Position numbers and translations under genes: made by a program
Assembly: GCA_035622635.1 (NCBI GenBank)
Contig: DASPUZ010000186.1
Location: 400 to 64,399, forward strand
Length of the DNA: 64,000 nucleotides
DNA from: a bacterium
GTDB lineage: Bacteria > Sysuimicrobiota > Sysuimicrobiia > Sysuimicrobiales > Segetimicrobiaceae
Direction of reading: 5' to 3'
Shown here: positions 38,006 through 47,228 of the stretch, piece after piece
How positions within the stretch are numbered: the first letter of the stretch is position 1
How the letters are laid out: every line of letters starts with the position of its first letter
The notes under the pieces: generated by a model
Database searches by the model: none
What the model saw: only the letters and a program-made list of their open reading frames with translations
What the model was told of the DNA's origin: nothing

Positions 38006-40468
38006 TCAGCACTTCGAATACCCGCACGATCTGCAGTGGCTGCAGCCGTTCTCGTACACGAGCGAGCTCCCGCAGTCGGGGCAGACCCCGGCAAAAGTCA
38101 GCAGCGATTGCTGAACCTCCACCGGACCCGCGGGATCCTCCCGGAGCGGCTCTTCGATCGAAGCCGGCAGCACCGGCTGTGCCGCATGGCCGTTGCCGTG
38201 GCCGTTTCCGACCTTCGGCTCCGGCAGACGGTCCGCCATGGGGAACGCCTGGTCCGGCCTGAATCCGAAGCCGTACAGGGCGCGCCCGATCGCGAGCGCG
38301 ACGCCCTGCGCGATCGTCGTCACGCGCACGACCGTACCGTCGGCCGACCGGTCGATCGCCACCTCGCGGGACTGGACGCGCCAGAGCTGCTCGATCACGT
38401 CGCGCGCGTCCGCGCCCGTCCGAAGAGCGAGCGAGGCGAGCCTTCCGACCGCGTCGGCTTCGACGTCGAGGGACTGCACGAACACTTCGCAGAGCCCCTT
38501 GGCGTCCTCGTTGATCGTAACGTAGATGCGGCCGCGCGGTGTCTCGATCCGCTCGGTATGCCCGGTCGTAACCTTGGGCCGGGGCCGCTTGTGAACGGCC
38601 TCGGACGCCGACACGGTGACGGGCGCCGACTCCGGCGTGGCCCCCTCCCCGCTCGCCGCCTTCGTCGAGCGCGCGGTGCCGGCGGTCAGGATGTTCTCCC
38701 GGGAACTGTCGCGGTACACCGTGATCCCCTTGCACCCCATCTTCCAGGCCTTGAAGTAGATCTCCGCGACCCGCCCCTCGGTGGTATCCGCTGGGCAGTT
38801 CACCGTGGACGAGATGGAGTGGTCGATGTGCTTTTGGATCGCCGCCTGCATCTGGACCCGCATCTCCGGCTTGATCTCGTGCGCGGTGACGAAGAACGGC
38901 GGGAGCGCGTCCTCGGCCACGCCGAACCGCTGCATGTAGGCCCGCACGAGCGGATGGTACACGGTGAACGTATTCTGCGAGAGAGACTCGCTCCGGCGCG
39001 TGTACGACAGGTCGAAGATCGGCTCGATGCCGCTCGTCGTGCCGGCGAGCGTCGCACCGCTCCCCACGGGGGGCACGGTCAGCAGCGCCACGTTCCTGAG
39101 GCCGTGCCGACGGATCCGGTCGAGAACCCCGGGATCGAGCGTCTGGAGGAACGCGCCTGTGAGATGCCGCTCGCGATCGTATCCGGGGAACGGCCCCTTC
39201 TCGATCGCGAGGTTGACGCTCTCGTCGTAGACGGTGTTCTTGATGCGCTCGAACAGCTGGTCCACCGCGGCCACGGCCTCGTCCGTGTCGTACTTGAGCC
39301 GCAGCTTGCACAGCAAATCCCCCAGGCCGGTGAATCCGACCCCGATGCGCCGCGAGTGGAGGCTGGCCGCGCGTTGAGCCGGGAGCGGATGCTTGTCGGC
39401 GTTGTAGTCCAGCACATTGTCCAGGAACCGCGTGGCCAGCCGGAGAGCCTGCTCCAGATGGGGCCAGTCCACCTGCGCCTGGGGGCTAAACTCGTCGGTT
39501 ACGAACTCGGCGAGATTCAAGTTACCCAGGCAGCAACAACCGTACGGTTCAAGCGGAATCTCGCTGCATGGGTTGGTCGTCGTGACGTTCATACGATTGT
39601 ACTCGGACGTGCTCCACCGGCGCACCGTGTCCCAGAAGATGACGCCGGGCTCCGCGTGGTTACGCGCGCCGTAGATCAGTTCGCGCCACACCTCGCGCGC
39701 CTTGACCGTGTGGCGCTCGTGGACGCGCTCGTTGTCGAACGAGAGCGTCCAATCGTCGTCGGCTTCCACCGCGTGCATGAACGCGTCGCTGATACGCACG
39801 CTGATGTTGGCGTATCGCACCTTGTTCAAGTTGCGCTTGATCTTGGTGAACTCCAGGACGTCGGGATGATCGTCGGCGATCGTGATCATGAGCGCGCCGC
39901 GCCGCCCCGATTGCCCGATGGTGCCGGTCGTGAGTGACATCAGCTCCATGAACGAGATCGAGCCGGTGCTCGTCCGCGCAGCGTTGTTCACCGGTGCACC
40001 CGCGGGCCGGAGCACGCTGATATCGACACCCACACCCCCGCCGAGCGAGTAGGTTCGCGCCGCTTCCTTCATCCAATCGAAGATCGCCTCGATCGAGTCT
40101 TCCCTGATCGGCAAAACATAGCAGTTCAGAGCCGTGACCCGTTTCGGGTTGCCGACCGCGTGCATGATCCGGCCGCCCGGGATGAACCGGAAGCCGTCCA
40201 TCAGCCAGTAGAACTCCTGCGCGTACCGTTCGCGCGCGGCCTCGGTGGACTCCACGGAAGCCAGGCCGCGCGCGATCCGCTGCCACATCGCGACTGGCGT
40301 GCGCTCCAGCACCCGTCCACTGGGATCACGAAGCGCGTACTTGTCGTGAAACACGCGCGCGCGGAGACCGTCGCCGTTGAAGAATTCCAGCGTTTCGGGT
40401 GCAATCGCGTTCGCGTCAGCGTCAGATGCGACGTCGGCTGTGGTGTTCTGCTCCAACGGCGTGGCCAT
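38006..40468 (-). CDS. nrdJ: class II (adenosylcobalamin-dependent) ribonucleotide reductase NrdJ
   Basis: RNR fold motifs (NCYV, TNPCSEIPL with catalytic Cys, GGGVGVD), the TVNCP region and a C-terminal Cys4 zinc-ribbon tail (CPDCGSSLVYENGCSHCRSCGYSKC). The ATG at 40468 is preceded by GCAGGAGGA. No intein-sized insertion. Confidence 0.92.
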   Translation of the reverse strand: MATPLEQNTTADVASDADANAIAPETLEFFNGDGLRARVFHDKYALRDPSGRVLERTPVAMWQRIARGLASVESTEAARERYAQEFYWLMDGFRFIPGGRIMHAVGNPKRVTALNCYVLPIREDSIEAIFDWMKEAARTYSLGGGVGVDISVLRPAGAPVNNAARTSTGSISFMELMSLTTGTIGQSGRRGALMITIADDHPDVLEFTKIKRNLNKVRYANISVRISDAFMHAVEADDDWTLSFDNERVHERHTVKAREVWRELIYGARNHAEPGVIFWDTVRRWSTSEYNRMNVTTTNPCSEIPLEPYGCCCLGNLNLAEFVTDEFSPQAQVDWPHLEQALRLATRFLDNVLDYNADKHPLPAQRAASLHSRRIGVGFTGLGDLLCKLRLKYDTDEAVAAVDQLFERIKNTVYDESVNLAIEKGPFPGYDRERHLTGAFLQTLDPGVLDRIRRHGLRNVALLTVPPVGSGATLAGTTSGIEPIFDLSYTRRSESLSQNTFTVYHPLVRAYMQRFGVAEDALPPFFVTAHEIKPEMRVQMQAAIQKHIDHSISSTVNCPADTTEGRVAEIYFKAWKMGCKGITVYRDSSRENILTAGTARSTKAASGEGATPESAPVTVSASEAVHKRPRPKVTTGHTERIETPRGRIYVTINEDAKGLCEVFVQSLDVEADAVGRLASLALRTGADARDVIEQLWRVQSREVAIDRSADGTVVRVTTIAQGVALAIGRALYGFGFRPDQAFPMADRLPEPKVGNGHGNGHAAQPVLPASIEEPLREDPAGPVEVQQSLLTFAGVCPDCGSSLVYENGCSHCRSCGYSKC

Positions 40469-40526
40469 TGCTGTGTCCTCCTGCAGAGATGTAGACTCGT
40501 GAGATGTCCGCTCGGCGTCCATGTGG

Positions 40527-41051
40527 TTAGCCGCGGCTGCTTTCGGTGGGCTGCAGTGGAATGAGCAGGATCTGGGAAGCGAGCTCTGCCTCGTATTGTT
40601 TGCGCGCCTTGAGAGCGTGGATCTCCTCCAGCAACCGATCGACGTCACCCATCCGGCGATAGACCGAGGCAAACCGAACGTATGCCACATCGTCGAGGGT
40701 GCGCAGCCGCTCGATCACCCGATCCCCGATCTCGCGGCTGGGCACGGCGGGCTTGTCCGCGTCGAGCATCTCCCGCTCGATCTCCTCGGCGATGCGCTCC
40801 AGCGTCTCACGGGACACCGGCCGACCTTCGCACGCCCGCAGCATTCCCGTCAGCACCTTGGTACGGTCGAACGGTTCCCGCCGGCCGTCGCGCTTGAGAA
40901 CGAAGACGGTCACGCGCTCGGCCCGCTCAAACGTGGTGAACCGCCTGCGGCACGTCTCACACTCCCGGCGCCGACGGATCCCCTCCCCGTCCTGGATCGA
41001 GCGGGAGTCCACGACCTTGGTCTCTTTGGCACCGCAGTAGGGGCATCGCAC
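40527..41051 (-). CDS. nrdR: transcriptional repressor NrdR (zinc ribbon + ATP-cone)
   Basis: RCPYCG...VVDSR zinc ribbon, RRRRECETCRRRFTTFE and an ATP-cone domain. The GTG at 41051 gives the canonical MRCPYCG N-terminus; the track start is a TTG at 41072. Confidence 0.92.
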   Translation of the reverse strand: MRCPYCGAKETKVVDSRSIQDGEGIRRRRECETCRRRFTTFERAERVTVFVLKRDGRREPFDRTKVLTGMLRACEGRPVSRETLERIAEEIEREMLDADKPAVPSREIGDRVIERLRTLDDVAYVRFASVYRRMGDVDRLLEEIHALKARKQYEAELASQILLIPLQPTESSRG

Positions 41052-41067
41052 TGGCGTTCGAACCTCG

Positions 41068-41119
41068 ACCAATATCTAGGCGCAGAATGGATACTAGCAT
41101 ACTAGATATTGTGTCTCAA
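41068..41119 (-). promoter_or_regulatory. nrdR-nrdJ promoter with two NrdR boxes
   Basis: Minus strand: TTGAGA (41114..41119), a 17-nt spacer, then TAGTAT (41091..41096). Box B ACACAATATCTAGT (41101..41114) overlaps the -35/spacer. Box A (plus strand ACCAATATCTAGGC, 41068..41081) is downstream of the -10. The shared core CAATATCTAG occurs in inverted orientation with centres 32 bp apart. This is an AT-rich island in GC-rich DNA. Confidence 0.6.
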
Positions 41120-41372
41120 GACGGGAATTCCACGGCTGAGGCCGGTTCGCGGCTGCTCCTGGGGACCTTCCACGCGCGAACGGGCTAGAGCGTCTATTCT
41201 CTCGAATGACGCCCCCGGCTCATGCGAACCTTGAACGGGCCCCCACGGAATCTCCGTGTCGTGGAAGAGAAGCTAACCCGTCATCCGCAATTAGCCGGCC
41301 AATTGAGGGGACCTCGCGGCCCTGCCCGAACGCGCCGCCCGGAGCCGCGTACAACGGCGGCGCAGGAATCGG

Positions 41373-42629
41373 CTAGACCCTGAAGATGACACTCTCCCGG
41401 CTCATCATGCCGATCGCGACCTCCAGCGCGAGGGCCGCGTAGAAGGCGCACGAGACCGTCGCAAGAAGCAAGTGCCCCCAGTTGACGGTTCCGAGAAGCA
41501 GTTCCTGAAACGCAAAGAACGCGTTGAGTACCGGGGTCACGTACGCCCACGGCGACCGCGCCCAATCACTCACGAATTGCACCGCGAGCCCGGGGAGCAC
41601 GGTGACGAAGTACAACGGCGTGATATATTGCTGCGCTTCGCGGGGCGACCGAGCGTAGATGCTGATCGCCAGCTGGATCGCGCTCACGAGTGCGGAGAAC
41701 AACAGCGCGACGCCGAGGATCACCACCGCGGTCCCGAACGGCAGGCTCACATTGATCTTCTGGGTCGTGTGCAGCATGTACGGGTATCCCCACCGGAGGC
41801 TCACCATCATCGCGATCAGAACCACGACCACCCCGCCCATCGACGCGGTGACGACCGACAGGAACTTCCCGAGAACGATGGCTTCGCGGCTGGGAGGCGC
41901 AATCAGCAGCGACTCCAGCGTTCCGCGCTCCTTCTCCCCCGCGGCGAGGTCCACGGCCACCGACATGCCGCCGACGACCGCCCACATCGCGAGCAGAAAT
42001 GGCAGCAGGCTCGCCAGCAACTGCCCCGACTGCTGACGCTGCGTGGCGACGTTGCGCTGATCGAGCACGACGGGCAGGAGGTCACGCGGGTTGATGTGCC
42101 GCGCCGCCAGCCGCGCGGCGACGACCTCCCGGCTGTACCTGGAGAGCAGTTCGACGACTTTGGCGCGCGCCGCCGTGCTCTCGGAGTCCGTCGCGTCGAA
42201 GAGGATTCCGACGTGCGCCTGACCGTTCCGGGCGACGATCGCCTCGAAGTTCTTGGGGATCTCGACGACCGCCAGCGCCTGATGCTGCCGCAGCGCCGCC
42301 GCCGGATCTTTGGCGCGCACCGGAGAGATCAGTCTTGTCTTGTACGCGAGGTGGATCAGCGCGGGCGCTTGTCCCACGACTACGACGCGGGGAATCACGG
42401 TCTGGATCTGATGCTGCTGGCGCTGCGCGAGGTAGGAGATCCCGAGAATCACCATCGGCATGACAACCGCCGGCAGCACCACCATGATCAGCAGCGTCCG
42501 CCGGTCGCGGATGACCTCGAGCGTCTCCTTCGCGTACACCGCGTAGATCCAGCGGCGGGTCTCCTGGGCGGCCTCTCTGTTCCCGGTCCGCCCGCGTGAG
42601 CGCAGCCACGAGAACGCCGCGCCGATCAT
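41373..42629 (-). CDS. ABC-2-type transporter permease (NatB-like, large extracytoplasmic loop)
   Basis: N-terminal TM helix, an about 170-aa loop, then five TM helices typical of ABC-2 membrane proteins. The ATG at 42629 overlaps the ATPase stop (ATGA). Confidence 0.8.
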   Translation of the reverse strand: MIGAAFSWLRSRGRTGNREAAQETRRWIYAVYAKETLEVIRDRRTLLIMVVLPAVVMPMVILGISYLAQRQQHQIQTVIPRVVVVGQAPALIHLAYKTRLISPVRAKDPAAALRQHQALAVVEIPKNFEAIVARNGQAHVGILFDATDSESTAARAKVVELLSRYSREVVAARLAARHINPRDLLPVVLDQRNVATQRQQSGQLLASLLPFLLAMWAVVGGMSVAVDLAAGEKERGTLESLLIAPPSREAIVLGKFLSVVTASMGGVVVVLIAMMVSLRWGYPYMLHTTQKINVSLPFGTAVVILGVALLFSALVSAIQLAISIYARSPREAQQYITPLYFVTVLPGLAVQFVSDWARSPWAYVTPVLNAFFAFQELLLGTVNWGHLLLATVSCAFYAALALEVAIGMMSRESVIFRV

Positions 42630-43366
42630 GCGACGGTCTGCTCCACGAGCTGGACGAAGATCTCCTCGAGACCGAGTCCGGTGCGCGCGACGAGGTCGTT
42701 CAGGCGGCCCTCTGCGCGGACGCGGCCGCCGGTGATGATCGCGACCCGATCGCACAGCCGCTCGGCCTCCTCCATGACGTGGGTCGACATGATCACACAC
42801 CGGCCTTCCTGCTTGAACCGCGCGATGAAATCGCGGACGGAGCGGGCCGAGATCACGTCAAGGCCGGAGGTGGGCTCGTCCAGGAACACGACCGGCGGGT
42901 CGTGAACGAGCGCGCGTGCGATGTTCACCTTCTGCTTCATGCCTTTGCTGAAGGTGTCGGTGACCCGATCAAGGTGGGGGGTCAGCTCGAGCGTGTCGGC
43001 GAGCGACGCGATCCGCGACCGCAGAAGATCCGACGGGACGCCGTACAGCCGCCCCGCGTACCGGATGACGTCGCGCGCGGTGAGGCGTCCGTAGATCCCC
43101 GCATTTTCCGGGAGCACGCCGATGACCCGCCGTACCGCCGCAGGGTCCTTCACGACGTCGTGTCCGGCGACGCGCGCGGTACCGGCGGTGGGGCGCAGGA
43201 TGGTCGTCAGCATGCGGATGGTCGTCGTCTTGCCAGCGCCGTTCGGACCGAGCAGTCCGAAGACCTCTCCCGCGTAACAGCGGAACGAGACGCCTCGAAC
43301 TGCGTGATAGCGGCGAAACCGCTTCTCGAGGTTCTCTGCTTCGACGGGGATCTCGTGGCCGGCCAT
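42626..43366 (-). CDS. ABC transporter ATP-binding protein (ABC-2/NatA-like; possible YlmA equivalent)
   Basis: Walker A GPNGAGKTTT, Q-loop, signature SKGMKQK, Walker B VVFLDEPTSGLD and an H-loop (STHVMEE). Confidence 0.9.
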   Translation of the reverse strand: MAGHEIPVEAENLEKRFRRYHAVRGVSFRCYAGEVFGLLGPNGAGKTTTIRMLTTILRPTAGTARVAGHDVVKDPAAVRRVIGVLPENAGIYGRLTARDVIRYAGRLYGVPSDLLRSRIASLADTLELTPHLDRVTDTFSKGMKQKVNIARALVHDPPVVFLDEPTSGLDVISARSVRDFIARFKQEGRCVIMSTHVMEEAERLCDRVAIITGGRVRAEGRLNDLVARTGLGLEEIFVQLVEQTVA

Positions 43367-43377
43367 GAGGTACGCTC

Positions 43378-44454
43378 CTAGAACGACCCTAGCGGCACCG
43401 CGCTGAGCACGAGGATCGCCACCAACGCCGCCGCGACGGCCTTGTGCGCTGGAGTCACGGACGAGCAGTCGTCGAGCGGACCCGGATGGCCACGACGAAT
43501 CATCAACAAGATCAACAGGCTCATTAGCCAGTAGCCGAACAGAATTCCCACCCCGACGCCCACGTACGACAGGATCAAGTGCAGGCGGGGTCCGAAGACG
43601 GCGCGGGTGACGTGCCCGCCGTCCAACATGCTCGCGGGCAGCAGGTTAAGGGCGGTAACCAGCAGCCCGACCCAGCCAGCGAATGCCATGGGGTGAATCA
43701 GCACCTCGGCGGTTGCGCTTGGATGCAGAAGCCATTGTTGGAGGAGCTGCATCAGGAGCGGGCTCGGGATTTCGGCCACCGGGCATCCGCGCGCGATGAT
43801 CGCCGCGTGATCGATCACCAGAGAGTGGGCGATCCCGTAGAGCAGGAGCGGCACGGCGACGATGAATCCGGCGATGGGGCCGCTGGCCCCGAGCTCGACC
43901 AGGGAGTCCCGGTTCGGTGCCGGAGTCCGGGTGAAGATGACGGCGCCCATGGTCCCGATCGCGAGCCCCGTGAAGGGAGGCAGGGGAATGAAGAACGGCG
44001 GGCTGGCGTCGATCTTTCGCCAGATCGACACGAGTTTGTGCCCCATTTCGTGGCAGAACAGTATCGCCATCAGCGACAGGGAGAATGCGATCCCGCTTCC
44101 CACCGGCCCCGGCAGCCCGGGCGTGCAGGCGCCGCCCGAGATCTGCGTACCCGCCCAGTACGTCGTCACCAGGGTGGCTGCGAACAGCCCGACCGGGAGC
44201 GCCCAACGCGTCCGGGTGGCCGGCGGCTTCGGCGCGAGCAGCACCACCGTCTCACCGTCGCGGCGGCGCAGTAACGGCAACACACCGAGTGCGTCGAGCC
44301 TCGCGCGGAGGCGGAGAAACCTCGCTTTGTCGTCCGGTCCCGGCACAATCGTAAACGCCGGCCGGCCATCCTGGAACCAGACCTCTTGCACCGGGAAGCA
44401 CGTCTCGATCGCGGCCCGGACGGCGGCGAAGTGATCGTCCGGAGAAATCACCAT
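43378..44454 (-). CDS. M50-family site-2 protease (membrane zinc metalloprotease)
   Basis: HEMGHKL (HExxH) in a TM helix, NLLPASMLDGGH (NxxPxxxLDG) and an about 90-aa cytoplasmic N-domain. The ATG at 44454 is preferred over the TTG at 44496. Confidence 0.85.
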   Translation of the reverse strand: MVISPDDHFAAVRAAIETCFPVQEVWFQDGRPAFTIVPGPDDKARFLRLRARLDALGVLPLLRRRDGETVVLLAPKPPATRTRWALPVGLFAATLVTTYWAGTQISGGACTPGLPGPVGSGIAFSLSLMAILFCHEMGHKLVSIWRKIDASPPFFIPLPPFTGLAIGTMGAVIFTRTPAPNRDSLVELGASGPIAGFIVAVPLLLYGIAHSLVIDHAAIIARGCPVAEIPSPLLMQLLQQWLLHPSATAEVLIHPMAFAGWVGLLVTALNLLPASMLDGGHVTRAVFGPRLHLILSYVGVGVGILFGYWLMSLLILLMIRRGHPGPLDDCSSVTPAHKAVAAALVAILVLSAVPLGSF

Positions 44455-44640
44455 GACATTTAGCCTACCACGCCGGTCCGCGAATGAAAACGACAAGTGG
44501 CGGCCCGGACGGCAAAAGCGCTACGGGCGGCGCTTCGGGGCGCGCGAGAGGACCCCCGGGATGCCGACGTGAGTGCGCCCCGCCTCGGGACTCCGATTCC
44601 CTTGGGATCCGCGTGACCTCTCGGCGCCGGCTAATACCGT

Positions 44641-45708
44641 CTAACGCTTCCTCAAGAACGCCGGAATGTCGAGATCCTCCAGCCCGACACGGGACGTCTC
44701 CCGTGCCGGGAGTGCCGGCTCGGCAGCCGCCTCCGTGGCATCCGCCAAACGGCGTGATCCCTCGAATCCGGTGGCGATCACCGTGATCTGGATCTTCCCG
44801 TCCAGGTGTTCGTCGAGCACCGCACCGAAGATGATATTCGCCTCGGGATCCGCGGCCTGCTGCACGACCTGCGCCGCTTCATTGATCTCGAGCATGCCGA
44901 GGTCCATGCCTCCCGTGACGTTGATGAGCACGCCCCGAGCACCCTCCATGGAGGTCTCGAGCAGGGGACTCGCAATCGCGGCCTGCGCCGCCTGAGCCGC
45001 CCGCCCTTCGCCGCTCGCGATGCCGATCCCGATGAGTGCCGACCCGGCTTCCGACATGACCGTCCGGACATCGGCGAAGTCCAGATTGATGAGCCCCGGC
45101 ACGGTAATGAGGTCCGCAATCCCCTGCACACCCTGGCGCAACACGTCGTCCGCGACCCGAAACGCCTCGACCACAGTCGCGCTCTTGTCCACGACCTGCA
45201 GCAACCGGTCGTTCGGGATGGTGATCACAGTATTAACACGCTGCCGGAGATTCCGGATGCCTTCCTCGGCGACGCTCGCCCGGCGGCGGCCCTCGAAGCT
45301 GAACGGCCGGGTTACGACGCCGATCGTCAGCGAACCGAGTTCGCGGGCGACCTGCGCAATGATCGGTGCTCCGCCGGTGCCCGTGCCGCCACCCATGCCG
45401 GCGGTCACGAACACCATATCGGCGCCCTCGAGCGCCTCGGTCAACTCCTCCCGCGTCTCCTCGACGGCCTGCCGCCCGACCTCGGGGTCGCCCCCGGCGC
45501 CGAGTCCCCGCGTGAGCTTCCCGCCGATGTGAAGCTTCTTGTCGGCGTTCGAGAGCGCGAGGGCCTGCGCGTCGGTGTTGATCGCGATGAATTCCACGCC
45601 ACGAAGACCGGCCGTGATCATGCGGTTCACCGCGTTGCTCCCGCCGCCGCCGACCCCAACCACCTTAATCGCCGCGTAGCGCCTGAGATCCCGCTCGACG
45701 TTCGCCAT
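44641..45708 (-). CDS. ftsZ: cell-division GTPase FtsZ
   Basis: [27 protein letters not shown] (tubulin signature) and the C-terminal peptide [11 protein letters not shown]. The ATG at 45708 is preceded by GGGAGGAG. Confidence 0.97.
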   Translation of the reverse strand: MANVERDLRRYAAIKVVGVGGGGSNAVNRMITAGLRGVEFIAINTDAQALALSNADKKLHIGGKLTRGLGAGGDPEVGRQAVEETREELTEALEGADMVFVTAGMGGGTGTGGAPIIAQVARELGSLTIGVVTRPFSFEGRRRASVAEEGIRNLRQRVNTVITIPNDRLLQVVDKSATVVEAFRVADDVLRQGVQGIADLITVPGLINLDFADVRTVMSEAGSALIGIGIASGEGRAAQAAQAAIASPLLETSMEGARGVLINVTGGMDLGMLEINEAAQVVQQAADPEANIIFGAVLDEHLDGKIQITVIATGFEGSRRLADATEAAAEPALPARETSRVGLEDLDIPAFLRKR

Positions 45709-45962
45709 CCGCACTCCTCCCGCACCCTCAGGGGACGCCGCGTCCGGTTCCCCGGGGCGTGTCGTCACTGCTGCCGGGCGCTGTATGACCGCCGCCTGAC
45801 CTCGCTGCTCCGAGAGCAGTCGCTGTACCGGGTGATGCCAGCGCTTCTCCTTCATCTGTCCGCTCCGTTCGCTTCACGACGTATGCTGCGACGTCACGCT
45901 GCCCTGGGTAACATCCATCCGGGTGCGCTTGCTCTCTCCCAGCCTCCCACGCCGTTCCCTGC

Positions 45963-47228
45963 TCAGGCGCCATGTGTAAACTCCCGCAGCCATTGCCGCA
46001 GGCGTCCGAACGCCGACCCCGCGCCGTCCACGTTGCGCACTAGGCGGCTGGGTGCGCGCTGGCGCGCCCCATGCAGCAGGAGGCCGACCCCCGTGGCGTA
46101 CGCGGGGCTGTCCACCATCGGTGCCATCGTCCCGCGCATTTCGGGGAGGCCGATACGGGTCGGCGCTTCGAGGACCTCGGACGCCGCGTCCGCGAGGCCG
46201 GCGAGCAGCGCGGTTCCGCCGGTGACCACAACGCCCGCAGGAATCAAGTTCGCGTAGCCCGAGCGCTTGATCTGGGACTTCACCATGGCGAGAATCTCAA
46301 GCAGGCGCGGCTCGATGATCTCCACGAGCGCGCGGCGCGGTCTCTTCAACACCTCGTTGGAGCCGATGCGGGGCACGTCGATCGTCTCGTCGGTGCCGAC
46401 CGTCGCGACGGACGCGCACCCGCGCGTGACCTTGAGCCGCTCGGCTTCGAGGATCGGCGTGCGCAATCCGACCGCGATGTCGTTGGTGATATGGCTTCCG
46501 CCTACCGGCAGAATCGCGGTATGGCACAGCCCGCCGTTCGAAAACACCCCGACGCTCGTGGTACCGCCGCCGATGTCCACGACCGCCACGCCCAGATCGC
46601 GTTCGGCCGGCGCGAGGACCGCCTGGCCAGAGGCCAAGGGCTCGAGGACGAGCTCCTCGATCTCGAGCCCGGCGCGTTGCACGCACTTCAGCAGGTTGGC
46701 GAGCAGCGTCCCGGCGCCGGTGACGATGTGCGCCTCAACTTCGAGGCGGGAGCCATACATCCCGACGGGGTTCTTTACACCGTCCTGCCCGTCCACGACG
46801 AAATCGCGGGGGATCAGGTGGACGATCTCACGGTCGCTCGCTGGAATCGCGGTCATCCGCGCCGCTTCGACCACCCGCGAGATATCCTGCTCCCCGATCT
46901 CATGGTCGGCCCGCGACACCGCGACGACGCCGCGGCTGTTTTGGGACGCGACGTGCTCGCCAGAGACGGACACCAGCGCCGCGACCACCTTGACGCCGGC
47001 CATCCGCTCCGCTCGGTCTACCGCCTCTTCAATGGCGCGCGTCGTGCCGTCCAGATCGACGACGACACCCTTCCGGACGCCGGTAGAAGGAGAGGTCCCC
47101 ATCCCTTTGATGTGGACCTCCGCTTCCTCGCCTTGCTCCGCGATGACGACACAGACCTTGGTGGTCCCAACGTCCAGTCCCACCAGCGGTCCCCGTCTGG
47201 CCACACGATCCCTCCTCCGGCCACTCAC
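45963..47228 (-). CDS. ftsA: cell-division protein FtsA
   Basis: Actin/HSP70 fold (VGLDVGTTKV, VVDIGGGTT, TGGTALL). The GTG start shares one base with the ftsQ TAG stop. Confidence 0.95.
   Translation of the reverse strand: MSGRRRDRVARRGPLVGLDVGTTKVCVVIAEQGEEAEVHIKGMGTSPSTGVRKGVVVDLDGTTRAIEEAVDRAERMAGVKVVAALVSVSGEHVASQNSRGVVAVSRADHEIGEQDISRVVEAARMTAIPASDREIVHLIPRDFVVDGQDGVKNPVGMYGSRLEVEAHIVTGAGTLLANLLKCVQRAGLEIEELVLEPLASGQAVLAPAERDLGVAVVDIGGGTTSVGVFSNGGLCHTAILPVGGSHITNDIAVGLRTPILEAERLKVTRGCASVATVGTDETIDVPRIGSNEVLKRPRRALVEIIEPRLLEILAMVKSQIKRSGYANLIPAGVVVTGGTALLAGLADAASEVLEAPTRIGLPEMRGTMAPMVDSPAYATGVGLLLHGARQRAPSRLVRNVDGAGSAFGRLRQWLREFTHGA

Noticed and set aside
37865-39937. 690-aa plus-strand ORF antisense to nrdJ. 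The minus-strand alternative-frame ORFs at 37989..39311 and 39660..40286 belong to the same case.
   Set aside because: The translations are low-complexity and Arg/Gly/Pro-rich, whereas the nrdJ frame shows clear RNR motifs. These are shadow ORFs.
40469-41372. Cobalamin riboswitch upstream of the B12-dependent nrdJ or of nrdR, and an intein inside nrdJ.
   Set aside because: No B12-box (rAGYCMGgAgaCCkGCc-like) sequence is visible. The nrdR-nrdJ gap is only 58 nt. NrdJ, at about 820 aa, is collinear with intein-free class II enzymes, with no extra block after the catalytic Cys region.
45709-45962. 81-aa ORF (45728..45973) in the 254-nt ftsA-ftsZ spacer.
   Set aside because: The translation is low-complexity, there is no RBS, and it overlaps the ftsA stop region. 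The spacer more likely holds ftsZ promoters.
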